A DNA stretch of 63,719 bases, counting the filler, from Thraustochytrium aureum (taxonomy: Eukaryota), in NCBI GenBank assembly GCA_012862495.1. It is 7 parts of 3 records of this genome, joined end to end, with 100 filler letters (N's around TTAATTAATTAA, not from the genome) between each part and the next. Parts side by side here need not be neighbours in the genome. Positions count along the whole stretch, not along the records: positions 1 to 19,626 come from BLSG01000215.1; positions 19,727 to 44,562 come from BLSG01000215.1; 5 more parts are not named here. One strand, written 5' to 3'. Numbering within the stretch: the first letter of the stretch is position 1; the number at the start of each line of letters is the position of its first letter. Under the pieces are notes generated by a model. That model did no database searches and was not told where the DNA came from. It saw nothing but the letters and a program-made list of their open reading frames with translations. This document shows, piece by piece, positions 12,679 through 24,348 of the stretch. Position numbers and translations under genes: made by a program.

Positions 12679-13025
12679 CCTCGAGCGTCTCTGCTTCTCA
12701 ACGGATCTCTTTTATTAATACACGCCGCCGACCTGTGTGCCTTGCGGTTATGGTTCTCGCGCGCGCACCTTATCGTGCCTGACGGCTCTTTTATTAATAT
12801 ACAACGCCAGATTTAGTAATAAAATATTACTATATTTGCACGTGCACCTTACCTTGCTGGGCGGCTTTTTCTTAAAATACGCCGCCTACAGGAAACCTGC
12901 GCGTCCATGAGGTTTGCGCGAGCACCTTATCCTGTCCGACCGCTCTCTCTTATTAATGCACGGCGCCCATCCACGCATGGCGATACTAGCGGGCCCGCAC
13001 GCGCGCCTTAGAGCGCCCAACGGTT
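12679..13025. repeat. Degenerate tandem array, ~79-bp period, 4-5 units, each with a ~50-bp conserved part and a ~28-30-bp variable part; AT-rich island
   Basis: GCACCTTA at 12765, 12844 and 12922 (GCGCCTTA at 13003). TATTAAT at 12713, 12792 and 12951 (CTTAAAAT at 12871), each followed by an ACGCCGCC-like motif. Confidence 0.8.
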
Positions 13026-13369
13026 ACGAGGACACGTTGCGGGGAAGGACAGAGCGAGTTGTGGGCTCGAGCTCACAGAGTGCGAACGAGCAGGCGCGGG
13101 CGGCGTTGGTGCGTGCGCCAGGCAGCCAGGCAGCCAGGCAGCCAGGCAGCCAGGCAGGCGGCTGCTGTTGCTGCTAGGCTGTTGCCAGGCGGCCGCTGTG
13201 GGGCAGGCTGCGTGGGCGGGCTCGCTGGCTTGACGGCGGGAGGGCCACGGCCGGCGTGCGCCAGGCAAGAGCTTGCTTGGTTGCTTTGGTTGCTTGGGGC
13301 ACGCACGCAGTGGCGCCGGCCCGGCGCGCGTGAGGGTCGAGTGGCCCGACGACGGGGGGCGAGGCGGAG

Positions 13370-15505
13370 ATGGCGGCGGTTCCGAGCTTGAGCGAGCTGT
13401 GCGCCAAGAAGATGCTGGAGAATCCCGACATTGAGGCTAGCGACAAACTCAGGGTGCTCGAGCGGCTCAAGAACTTGAGCAAGGCAAGAACGTCTGCGCT
13501 CGAGCGCGACGCGTCTGCGCTTGAAGCAAGGTTGGCGACAAAGAAGCAAATCCGCGGGCCTCGGATCGATACAGGGAGGCGGGCGAGCCAAGTCTCACAG
13601 AGTCCGCGCAGCGAGGCCCGCCACAGCCCACGGACCGGCGAGAGCAAGGCAAGCGGCCGTGGTCACCGCAAAGACGCGCTCGATTCCGGCCAGCCCACCC
13701 CTCGTCCCGCTCACACCGAGGAGCAAGAGGCGGGGGAGGAAACGGACGACGACGAGGAGTTTGAACGCGAGCAGGCTCACAAGTTCAAGCTCGCATCAGA
13801 GGAAGCGAAACGCCGGCGGCGCGAGCTAAAGAGGACGTTCGAGTGGAAGCAGCGGTTCACACAGTTGGCGCACAAGGCGCAAGTTCTCGACCGTGAGCGA
13901 CTCGCCCTCCTTCGCATGGCCCGCGGCGAACTTGAAGTAGAGACCGCAGAGTTTGATCGCTTGGAAGCGGACCTCGACCGGCAACGCGCTGCAGAAAGGC
14001 GCGACCTTGACAACTACCTAGACAAAGCAAGGTGGGCAACGCGCCGCTTGGCGTCAACCGTCGACGAGATGGGCGCAGGCGACGCCTTCCTCCGCGCCGT
14101 CAAGCAACAAATGGAGGCCGCAGAAGCCGCAATAGCCGCGACCAAGTCGTCGCAGCGGGCCGCCTTTGAGGATCTGCTCAAGGCAGAGGAGGCCCTGTCG
14201 ACGGAGATACAGCTCGCCAATGACCGAGTCGCTGCAGAAGAAGAGCAAGACCGAGCCGCTCGAACTGCATCCGACTCGGCCTCAGCCCGAAGACGCAGCA
14301 TGGCTGCTCGAACCAGTCCCCGTGTCGCGAGCGCGCGCGGTGCCGAGTCCAAGACCGCCGGCGACAACGACGCGCAAGACGCGGACGCGCTGCGCAAGCG
14401 CATCGACGAGATCGACGAGGAGATCGCCCTCCGCGGCGGCACCTGCGGGGGCTGGGACGAGCGCGACCATGCCGCCTTCTTGCGCTGTGTATCACGGCTG
14501 CGAGTGCCTGAAGCGATGCTCATCCACGACGCAAAGAGCTCGCCCGCGTCGTCGCCGACCAGTGCACAGTCGCCGGGCGGGGGCGTCGGGTTGCTGCGCA
14601 AGCTGGAACACCGCGCTGGACTGGAGATCCCCACAAAAGACGAGCCAGCCATCCAGGCTCACACTCGCTGGTACGGGAGCTACTTGGGCCTGCTCGCGGA
14701 GAAGAAGCGCGTGGTCCAAGAGTGGAAATCTGCTCGGCGCAGCAGCGCCCCGGCCCCCGCCGCGCACGAGAAGGAGCAGGCCGACCCGAACGCGAGCCAA
14801 AAGGTCAAACCAACGAAGGAGGAGCGAAAGCAGCAGGAGTTGGCTCGCCAGCAGGAGGAAGAGGCACGGCGACAGGCCGTCGCCGAGTGGCGAGCGGCAA
14901 AGCAAGCTGAGCGGGCCCGCGAGGAGCAAGCGCGCGAGGCCGAAGAGCGCGCCGAGCGCGAGCGCCGTGCCGCGCTCGCGCTGCAAAGAAGGAAAGAAAA
15001 GGAGCAAATCGCTCTCTTCAAGCTCGAGCGCGAAGCTGATAGAGACAGGCAGAACAAGATGCGCACGGTCATCGAACAAGAGCGCCGCGAGTCGGACCGC
15101 GTCTCCTCGACGCTCAGCTTGAAGCAGCGCCAGAAGCGCGACATGGAGCTCGCTGCCCAGCGGCGCTCGGCTCTCGAATCCAAGTCGCGGTCACAGCAGG
15201 ACCGCGCTTCTCGCATTGCGCAGCTCAAGGCCAAGCCGGCTGTGCGGCCAGAGTTTGAGGACAAGCTAAAGCACCGCCCCGGGGGGGCTGCGGCTCTCAC
15301 ACAGCCAACGGCGGCGTTCAAGTCGAAGAGCCTGACCCCGGAGGAGCTCGGGGAGATCCAGGAGCGGCGAGCGCGGACTCGCGCCCATGACGCCGCCGTG
15401 CCGAGCGCCGCGGGCGCCCCCCTTGGCGGCCGCAGCTACGGCATCGGCGTAAAAAACCTTGTATCCGGCCGCGCAATGCCCAGTTGGCGCGCGGGGAATG
15501 TGTAG
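13370..15505 (+). CDS. CCDC112: Coiled-coil domain-containing protein 112-like (centriolar satellite/ciliary)
   Basis: 'GGTCGGWDERDHAAFLR', 'HTRWYGSYLGLLAEKKRVVQEWK' and the C-terminal 'LTQPTAAF...RAMPSWR' match CCDC112 family motifs. Confidence 0.75.
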   Translation: MAAVPSLSELCAKKMLENPDIEASDKLRVLERLKNLSKARTSALERDASALEARLATKKQIRGPRIDTGRRASQVSQSPRSEARHSPRTGESKASGRGHRKDALDSGQPTPRPAHTEEQEAGEETDDDEEFEREQAHKFKLASEEAKRRRRELKRTFEWKQRFTQLAHKAQVLDRERLALLRMARGELEVETAEFDRLEADLDRQRAAERRDLDNYLDKARWATRRLASTVDEMGAGDAFLRAVKQQMEAAEAAIAATKSSQRAAFEDLLKAEEALSTEIQLANDRVAAEEEQDRAARTASDSASARRRSMAARTSPRVASARGAESKTAGDNDAQDADALRKRIDEIDEEIALRGGTCGGWDERDHAAFLRCVSRLRVPEAMLIHDAKSSPASSPTSAQSPGGGVGLLRKLEHRAGLEIPTKDEPAIQAHTRWYGSYLGLLAEKKRVVQEWKSARRSSAPAPAAHEKEQADPNASQKVKPTKEERKQQELARQQEEEARRQAVAEWRAAKQAERAREEQAREAEERAERERRAALALQRRKEKEQIALFKLEREADRDRQNKMRTVIEQERRESDRVSSTLSLKQRQKRDMELAAQRRSALESKSRSQQDRASRIAQLKAKPAVRPEFEDKLKHRPGGAAALTQPTAAFKSKSLTPEELGEIQERRARTRAHDAAVPSAAGAPLGGRSYGIGVKNLVSGRAMPSWRAGNV

Positions 15506-15645
15506 TAGAATGAATGAGAACCTCAGTCTCAAGCAACACGAGCGCCTAACGCAAAACGTCGTTGTCAGCACCCGGCCGGTCCACACGCCGCATCGAGCAA
15601 ACACTTGCACACACTTGCACCAGCCTCTCGCCCGAAGCCATCTAT

Positions 15646-15693
15646 CTCCATCCGTCCATCCATCCATCCATCCGTCCATCCATCCGTCCATCC
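15646..15693. repeat. (TCCA/TCCG)n microsatellite
   Basis: Directly visible downstream of CCDC112. Confidence 0.85.
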
Positions 15694-16261
15694 AGCTCGC
15701 CCAAGCTGACCGGACCACGCCCGCGGCGGCATCGACATCGGCAAGCTCGCTCACGCGAGTCCCAGGGCCAGAGACGTTTCCTCTCGCCAACGGTCGCAAC
15801 CGCAGCGAGNNNNNNNNNNNNNNNNNNNNNNNNNNNNNNNNNNNNNNNNNNNNNNNNNNNNNNNNNNNNNNNNNNNNNNNNNNNNNNNNNNNNNNNNNNN
15901 NNNNNNNNNNNNNNNNNNNNNNNNNNNNNNNNNNNNNNNNNNNNNNNNNNNNNNNNNNNNNNNNNNNNNNNNNNNNNNNNNNNNNNNNNNNNNNNNNNNN
16001 NNNNNNNNNNNNNNNNNNNNNNNNNNNNNNNNNNNNNNNNNNNNNNNNNNNNNNNNNNNNNNNNNNNNNNNNNNNNNNNNNNNNNNNNNNNNNNNNNNNN
16101 NNNNNNNNNNNNNNNNNNNNNNNNNNNNNNNNNNNNNNNNNNNNTGCGGAATGGGGTGGCAGGTGGGACGCGGTCGCCGGCCGCGCCGGAGGACGCGCGG
16201 CGAGGGCGAAGAGGTCCGAGGTGTGGAGGACACGGCTGCCTGGGCGAGAGAGCGTGCGGGC

Positions 16262-18998
16262 ATGCGGCGGCGCTCCAGGCTGTGGGCCGCGGTTGGCGCG
16301 GTCGTGTGGGCGGCTGCCGCTGTGACGCCTGCTGGGGCGAGGACCAACGAGCTCGAGCCCCACGTCGCGGCGCAGTGGGTGTTTGATGCAGGGTTTGACG
16401 GGTGGGCGCAGTCCACGTGGGAGGAGATGAGCGCCGAGATGCACGTTGACGGCGGGATGTTGCGCGGGCGCGTGAGTCAGAGCGGTAGGGTGCCGCACTT
16501 TGACTCGCCCCTCATGCAGCTCGACGTGAACGACAAATACGCGGTAGCATTGCGCATCAGGTCAAGCGGGAGCCGACCAAGACGCGCCGCTGTGCAAGTC
16601 CGCATGCTGGGCGGGACAGATGACGGCGTAGACTTCCAGTCGCTCGATGTTGCGTTTGGCGGCGGCTCCGGCACCGTGGTCACAGTCCCTTTCGACGAAC
16701 CACTTCAAGTGGACGGTCGTTTCCAGATTGCCGTGGCTCACATTCACACCGTCTTGCGCGGCACCATTGTTCAGGTGAGGGTGCTCCCTGTGACGGTTGG
16801 TGACGGGCCGACAGACCTGGCCGGCGTGGAGCCCTGGTCGACGTTTGAGGTGGACTGGATCAAGATTTTGAAGGAGCCAACAATCCAGAAGGTGGAAGGC
16901 TGCATCAACAAGTACTTTGACCAACCGCCGCCTCCAGTTGAGGTCGACCAGGAAATGCGCCCGGAGGACGGGGTATATGTCAGCCGCGGCTCGGCCGCGG
17001 AGGGAGAGAACAGCCTGAGCACCGCGAAACGCTGGGCGAATGACGATCAACATGTCTTCCAGGTGACGACTTTCGAGCCAAGTAGACCGAGTGCTCCATA
17101 CGGGACTACTTTTAACTGCCCACGCGACGGGCGCGGCAGGCGCATCCGAATCAGCGGGCGAAACTTTGGCAATTACGGCCCGCACTCTCCTGGCGTGGTT
17201 TGGGATACAATATGGGTTGGCACGGAGGCGTGCACCGACGTGATTGAGATAGACCCGCAGAGGACCTTGGAGTGCACACTTCCTGCCGTGCCGGAGGGCG
17301 GCGCTGTTGACCGAGTGGCTGTTCGGGTCGCGCAGCCAGACCATCGAGCCCTCACGGACTCCAAGCCGTACTTGTCCTACGCTGTCCCAACCCCACGATT
17401 AGGCCGGCCAGGGATCTCCAACGTCGCAAGCCGCTCCGTGGACCTCTCGTGGGTCGCGCCGAATTCCACTTGGGACGCCGTAACAGTGACAGGGTACCGC
17501 GTAAGTGTACTCGAGCGGCAGTTCGACCCGTTCTTCCACTCGAACGCCCGAGCAGGACCGGCGTCGGCGGCCGGCGCTGCGGTCTTTCGCGAGGTCGCCC
17601 AGGTGGTTGTCGGGAATGTATCCACGACGACGGTCGTGGGCCTCCGAGCTGCACACGAGTACAAGTTTGCCATTGAGGCTCTCGTGGAGGACCAGCTCGA
17701 CTCGCGCTGGGTGCAAGTCGACCTGTATGGGCGGCGCGCTCTGTTGCCAGGGGCGCTCGCGAGCGTGCGCAGCGAGGAGACCGAGCCCGTCACAACGCTC
17801 TGGCACGATGTCGCGTTCGAGCTCTTCAACGCCAACTCGACGCTCGATCATGGTGCCTCCGACGACCGGTCCACGATAGGGCCGTCACGAAACGAGCACG
17901 GCGAAGGGCATTTCGGCTTGTCTCTCGTCGGCGACGCCCACATTGCAAACTGCAACGCTTCGGGTGCGTGCTGCGACCGGGGGCCTGACGGCCAGTGCTC
18001 GCTCATTTGCAAAGTGCGCGTGGTGGAGGACCCTGACTACGTCAACCTCCACGCCAACAGGGCCCCAAAGTCAAATCACGCTGTGCTTGGCTCGACCACG
18101 GTGGAGTCTGTGGCCCAAGAAAACCTCCCCGCCGAACCGCTTCCAACGTGCGGGCCGGCGCTGCGCTTGACGGGATCTGCCGCGCGGCTCAGCGGGGCTG
18201 CCTGGTACCCGCGCAAGCTCAACGTGCGGGAAGGTTTTGTGTCGACATTCACTTTTTCGCCTCACCAACCCCTCGCTTGTCTGCAAATACATGGACGATG
18301 TGGCCACTCGTTGCCGATCACGCGGCGCGGACGGGCTCGCCTTTGTTATTCAAAACAGCGATGGCTTTGCGCTTGGAGAGGGCGGGATGCGGCTTGGGTA
18401 CGGCGGGATTGGTAACGCGTTGGCCGTCGAGCTAGACACCTTTTTCAACCCGGAGCTCGAGGACCCTTACGAGAATCACGTGTCTGTCCTGACTCGCGGA
18501 TGGCGCGCCGAGGCGAGCGCGAGCCATGCCTTCGAGCTTGGCGGCTCTGCCGCTCCGCCCGACCTAACCGACGGCGACATCGAGGTGAAGGTGGTGTACC
18601 ATCCTGTGTTGGACGAGTCGGCGCTTTTCTCCGACACGTTCGCTGTGAGCGCTCACACGGCAACGTTCATGACCGGTCGGACAGGTCTAGAGAGCGACCA
18701 GCCTGCTGAACGGGCCTCGCTTGAGCCTGGTCCACTGGATGAAAGCACCGACGGTGCAGGCTTGGCGCAGCGAGACTGGAGCGACGGCGTCGGCCTGATC
18801 TCTGTGTACGTCAAGGACATGGAATCGCCCTTGTTTAGCACGCCGCTCAACTTGGGCTCGACGCTGAAGCTTGACAGCGGCCGGGCATGGGTCGGCTTCA
18901 CAGCGGCGACGGGGTCCTCGTTTTGGCAGACGCACGACGTCGTGCGCTGGACGTTCGCGTCGCTTCGCGAATCTCCGGGCCCTGACCCGGTTCTGTAG
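16262..18998 (+). CDS. Secreted multidomain protein: signal peptide, beta-sandwich, IPT/TIG, fibronectin type III, legume (L-type) lectin; frameshift at ~18255
   Basis: Signal 'MRRRSRLWAAVGAVVWAAAAV'. TIG 'CPRDG..RIRISGRNFG...VGTEAC...LECTLP'. FN3 'SRSVDLSWVAP...VTGYRV...VVGLRAAHEYKFAI'. Lectin 'LRLT...GAAWY...F.STFTF / GADGLAFVIQ...GLGYGGIGNALAVELDTFFN...AWVGFTAATG'. Confidence 0.8.
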
Positions 18999-19626
18999 CG
19001 CTCTCTAGCTAGAGCTAGCTCGAGGAAAGTCAGCCCTTGTCAATTTTGCTCCCTGGGGCGTGGGCCTCGACGGCTGGGCTTGTCGAGCTCCCTCGCGGGC
19101 CGAACCAGAGGGCTCTGGAGGTCGTGCTGCCCGTATTGGCCTTGTTTGCGCATCTCTCTGTCAGCGCGCCTGGCGCTTAGGCACTCGACGAGATTCACGG
19201 CGACTGCGCGACGCGACAGCAAAACCAAACGAAAACCCTCGTGCAAACCAGTGATCGACGGAAGCGGACTCGCAGCGGACCCAACAAGTAGCGGTGCGGA
19301 TGCAGAGCTCACAGACTCTACATCCGAGTCGCTGCGCGTCAACAAACAGTTTTTCTGTGTCAAGATCGCACGCTCAATCCAAAAAGCTACTTGTTCTGTT
19401 CGGCATTAGTAGTTGCGGCGGGCGCGTGTGCTCGCTCGCTTTATTCAAATGTCGTCTAGCGTTACGACAGCGCGGCTCTTGCTTTTCTGGGCAGACGCCC
19501 TCCGCTTCTTCCGGATAACGAGTGCGGCCGCGAGAAGAAAGACTGCACCAGCTGTTGTGCCGACGACGATGTAGATAGCGCTGCTCTGTTCAGGGTCAGC
19601 CTCAACGTCGTCGCTGTCGCCGCCAA

Positions 19627-19726
19627 NNNNNNNNNNNNNNNNNNNNNNNNNNNNNNNNNNNNNNNNNNNNTTAATTAATTAANNNNNNNNNNNNNNNNNN
19701 NNNNNNNNNNNNNNNNNNNNNNNNNN
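19627..19726. other. Artificial scaffold linker N44-TTAATTAATTAA-N44
   Basis: Exactly 100 bp with stops in all six frames; recurs 6 times in the window. Confidence 0.95.
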
Positions 19727-19804
19727 GGGGGCGGGGGCAATAGCAGCGCCGGGATCGTCTCAGGCGGACATGCGGCAAAGTCGATCGCGCTCGACGTTTG
19801 CGTG

Positions 19805-21381
19805 ATGGCGTCGGACGACGAAAGCTTGCGCAAAGTCCTGGGCCCGCTGGCGCGCGGGCTGTCGAAAGCTGGGGGCCCGTTGTCGGATTTTCCGGACGAC
19901 GACTCGAGCCCGAGCCCGAGTTCGGCACACGGAACAGACGCGGCAGACAGCGATGTCTCCGAAGACTCTGACGGCGGCGTCTATGGCGCTGCCCAGGGTC
20001 CGCGCAGGGTGGATATGAATGTTCTCGAGTCGTTCGACGCGGTTTCCCTCCCCGGGCCAGGATCATTTTCAGCACAAGGCTCTGGGGATGGTGACGACAC
20101 GGACAAGATGGCGTGGTTCGGGCGCGCGAGGCGCGCCATGTTCCGCCGGCGCGATCCTGGCGGTTTTGATGAGTCGGCTTCGAGTCGGCGCAACGGGGAC
20201 GGGGACGGGGGCGGGGAGGGGGACGGATTCGCGCCGTCCGCCGAGCGAGACGCTGGCGAACCTGGCGAGGTCTGCGCTATGGAGGATGCTCTCGACAACG
20301 TCGACCTTTTCTTGCACAAGGTGTTTTCCCACGCCGTTCTCCGCTACCAGCGCAAGCTGTTTTGGCAGCGGTTCGAGCGTATTTCCGCGAGCGGCGGGAC
20401 CTTGGGCAGCAGCGGGGCGGGGCGCGACGCCGGGGTCGTGAATGTCGCGGAGCTCAAGCAGCTTTCCTTGCGGAGCGACCTCGCTGAAGTGGAGCCGAGC
20501 ACGTCAGAGCTTGTCTCAGCCGCGTTTGCCATCCCTGGCCTGATCGCTTATCTGAAGACGGTCTATGGCCCATTGGCGCAAGACAGCGAAGAGCGGCCGG
20601 GCGAGGAGATTGTGGTCCTCCCGCCAGCGGAGCTGGCGTTCTTGTTTGTGCTGCTGGTATCGCACTCGCCCCAGCACTCCGCGCCGGCGCGTGTCTCGCT
20701 GTGCTTCCCCAGCGCAATCGTGTCTCACGACGCCCTGGACGACGGCCAGCTGTTCCTGACGGCGTTCGTGCAGACGCTGGACGCGTGGCTCTGGCGCCGG
20801 CTTCCCGTGTTTTTGTGATTGCTTTAGAGGAGCGCGGGGGTTTCCTGCTATCTTGCTGCGGCCTGCTGCTCGTGGAGGGCAAGAGCTGTGCCCGCGTCGC
20901 GCTCGGCCCCGGTGCCGAGGAAAGGAAATCCATGATGCGAATCGCCGCGAGGAAGGCCAGACTTTTGCCTTGTCCATCTCAGACTTGTTGTTGCGCATCG
21001 GCCTGCTCAATNNNNNNNNNNNNNNNNNNNNNNNNNNNNNNNNNNNNNNNNNNNNNNNNNNNNNNNNNNNNNNNNNNNNNNNNNNNNNNNNNNNNNNNNN
21101 NNNNNNNNNNNNNNNNNNNNNNNNNNNNNNNNNNNNNNNNNNNNNNNNNNNNNNNNNNNNNNNNNNNNNNNNNNNNNNNNNNNNNNNNNNNNNNNNNNNN
21201 NNNNNNNNNNNNNNNNNNNNNNNNNNNNNNNNNNNNNNNNNNNNNNNNNNNNNNNNNNNNNNNNNNNNNNNNNNNNNNNNNNNNNNNNNNNNNTCCCGGC
21301 AGTCGTCTCATACGAGCTTTTGAAAAAAAGTACAATAGCCACGTTGCTTGCTTTCTCTGCGCGCTTCAACACGACCGCTAG
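19805..21381 (+). CDS. Hypothetical protein with acidic low-complexity N-terminus; probably continues past 20818 via frameshift(s) and a gap
   Basis: 337-aa ORF from ATG 19805. The stop at 20818 follows a T-run, and an overlapping frame continues 'VIALEERGGFLLSCCG'. A post-gap frame ends at 21381. Confidence 0.5.
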
Positions 21382-21468
21382 AGCAGGCTCTCTGCAGTAG
21401 ACTAACTCTAGAGAGTCTTGCCCTGGAGCTAGGTAGGTTACGTTTGCGGTGGAACGGGCTCGAGCGCT

Positions 21469-22399
21469 CTAGGTTACTTTGCTGTGGGTCTTGCCCGCTG
21501 CGATGTCCCGCATGCACAGGGGGCACGCGCTGCGCCGTGCAAGCCAGCGGAACACGCAATCCCTTGTGAAATATGTGCTTGCCGTCGCAAGGGAGGCGCG
21601 CAATGACCTCCCCGTCCTCGAAGTCGCAGATGCAGACCGCGCAGCTCGTGAGGTGGTGCTCCTGCGAGCTTGAATACACAAACACATCGAGGGTGTCAAG
21701 CACAGACTGGGGCGCGCCGCGGTCAGCGACGTCCAACTGCGGCGACGTTGTGTGGTAGCCCCACAGGAAAGTGAAAAGCACTCTGACCGCCACGCAGGCA
21801 AGAAGCCAGGCCCATATGCTCGACGGCCGGTGCTCCCTGTCTGCGCTCAGGTCGCAGGGCGCATCTGTAGAGGCCTCCCCAAGCGCGAGCTTCAAGAGAA
21901 ACCCGCACGAGGGCACCATGTACTGGCCCAGGAACCCGAGCGATTGGTTGAGCCGCCATGACTTGCGCTCCATGACCGCCTTGAAGGACTCGATCAGGCT
22001 TTCGCGCGTGTACGTTTGCGCGCGGAACCCCAACCAGAAGACGTCGGCAAAGGACCGCAGCCTGAACGGCAACTGCGCAAGCTGAATGGCCACGAAGAGC
22101 GCCAGCATCGCCCAGTGCAAGTGCACCACCAGGTCATCCTCACAGCCTGTCGCAGCCCCGCGGCCACCCCCCAGCGCCGCCAGGCCCCTTCCGCCGAGCG
22201 CGGCCCGAACGCCAGCGTCCACCCCCTTCGGCACGGGGCTATCCCTCAGCAAAACCAGGCAGCACGGCAGCGTCACCGCCGAAAACCCAATCCCAATCAC
22301 AAACAGCCCGCTCAGCAGCCGCAGCGCGCTGCGCCCATCATACTCGACGAACTGCAGCAGCGTGAGCGTCGCGGTGGACTCGCGCCGCAGCGCCGCCAT
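21469..22399 (-). CDS. Transmembrane RING-H2 E3 ubiquitin ligase; frameshift at ~21562 inside the RING
   Basis: About 4 TM segments, then 'CAVCICDFEDGEVIARLPCDGKHIFHK' continuing in another frame as 'DCVFRWLARRSACPLC'. Confidence 0.85.
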
Positions 22400-23329
22400 C
22401 GTCTCCGTCGCTCCAAAAACCAAACCGCCCCAGCCCGCACCGCACGCAGACCCAGCCCAAAGCCACCAGACCCCAAAACCCAGCCCCACACTCCGAAAAC
22501 AACCTGCGCAGCGCCAAAGCCAGACCACGCCCGCAGCCCTGCCTCCGCCTCCGCCCGCGCCAGCGCCCGTCCGTTCCAGCTCTGCTCTGCTCTGCTCTGC
22601 TAGCTCTGCTCTGCTCTCTCCGCTTTCTCTCTCTCTCTCTCGGTCTCCCCTTCTGCACCGCCATACCCCCACGGCGCCTCGGCCGAGGTTGTAAAGCAGC
22701 GGGGAGGACTTTGCGATGCCCGCATGCCCCCTCGGTTCGCGCGTTTTCGTTGCGCTGCGGGCGGAGTGGAAGGCGAGGCGGGGGGTAGGGAGCGAGCGGG
22801 GAGGATAGGCCGGGTCATATGGGCGGTTGAGCGCGCTTCGAGGGCGGCGGCGGGAGCAAGAGGGTGTTTCGAGGGGGAGCGAGCACGAACGAACGAGGCG
22901 CCTGCACGGAGGGTAGACGCAGGGTGGCCGGGGACGGATTGCTCCGGCAGTGAGAGGGTATTCCGAGGCGCGCCGGACACATCCGATGGGGAGAAGGCAG
23001 GACTGAGGGTGTTTCGAGGCGCGCGTTGCGGGAACAGCGAACGCGTGGGGTGGACGGAGGGTGGCCGTGAGGGGCGCAGAGGGTGTTTCGTGGGTGGTGG
23101 AGGTTAAGGCGTGGGCGGGAGGCGGATTGGATGGCAGGCAGGCGGGCGTTGGTGGAGGCGAGGGAGGCGGCGGCAGAGCGTGAACGGGCGAGGAGGCGAG
23201 CGAGCGAGGGAGCGGGCTGCGGGCGAGTGGTTTTTGCGGGCGGAGCGAGCGAGCGAGCGAGCGAGGAGAGGAAGAAGGGCCTGCGCGGACGCGCGGACGG
23301 ACGGTCGGGCGGACGGGCGGCCGGACGCG

Positions 23330-24348
23330 ATGGCGGAGGATATGGATGTCGGCAGCGTGGGCATGAGGAGAGGGAGCTCGACCTNNNNNNNNNNNNNNNN
23401 NNNNNNNNNNNNNNNNNNNNNNNNNNNNNNNNNNNNNNNNNNNNNNNNNNNNNNNNNNNNNNNNNNNNNNNNNNNNNNNNNNNNNNNNNNNNNNNNNNNN
23501 NNNNNNNNNNNNNNNNNNNNNNNNNNNNNNNNNNNNNNNNNNNNNNNNNNNNNNNNNNNNNNNNNNNNNNNNNNNNNNNNNNNNNNNNNNNNNNNNNNNN
23601 NNNNNNNNNNNNNNNNNNNNNNNNNNNNNNNNNNNNNNNNNNNNNNNNNNNNNNNNNNGCCTTTCATGCATGCTCGAAGCAGCGTGACCTGGATCTTGCA
23701 ATTGCGCCGCGACCCGCGGCCCTGCTCGCCGAAACTGTCCGCTGACGCCATGGCGCGAACGTCGTGCGAACTTTCCACAGGTTTATCATCGACGGCAACC
23801 AGGTCGTGATCCAGCGCGAGGAGGTCGAGCAGCGCGTCGAGGAGTTTGAGTTCGAGGACGCCAAGGTGTACACCGTGGACGTGTTCATGTCGACTGGTGA
23901 GGGCAAGCCGATCCAGCGCGATGCGCGCACCACCGTGTTCAAGCGCGCTGTGGACCAAGAGTACCGCCTCAAGATGAAGGCTTCCCGGTATGTCTTCAAC
24001 GAGGTCAACAAGCGGTTCGCGACTCTGCCGTTCACCATTCGCTCCTTCGAGGACGAGAAGCAAGCCCGCATGGGTGTCGTCGAGTGCGTCAAGCATGGGC
24101 TTGTCACCCCGTACCCTGTCCTGCAGGAGAAGGCGGGCGACATCGTTGCTCACTTCAAGTACACCGTGCTCCTGCTTCCGTCCGGCACATTGAAGGTCAC
24201 CGGCCTCCCGGTCAACCTCGAGGCGCTGCAGAGTGACAAGTCGATCTCGCCGGAGGTCATGGAGATCTTGAATACATCGACCAAGAGGAACAAGAAGAAC
24301 AAGAAGAAGAAAAAGGCCGCCGCTGAGGTCGATATGGAGACGGACTAA
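23330..24348 (+). CDS. PA2G4: Proliferation-associated protein 2G4 / EBP1 (M24 fold); middle lost in gap; last exon 23781-24348
   Basis: 'RFIIDGN...VDVFMSTGEGK...RTTVFKR...YRLKMKASR...F.TLPFTIRSFEDEKQARMGVVECVKHGLVTPYPVL.EK.G..VAHFKYTVLL' plus a lysine-rich tail. CTGAC branch at ~23742 and CAG acceptor at 23778-23780. N-terminal 'MAEDMDV...EERELDL' before the gap is tentative. Confidence 0.9.

Noticed and set aside
12679..13025. Calling the 79-bp array a CRISPR array
   Set aside because: The context is eukaryotic, the repeats are too degenerate and long, and there are no cas genes. Kept only as an unexplained repeat.
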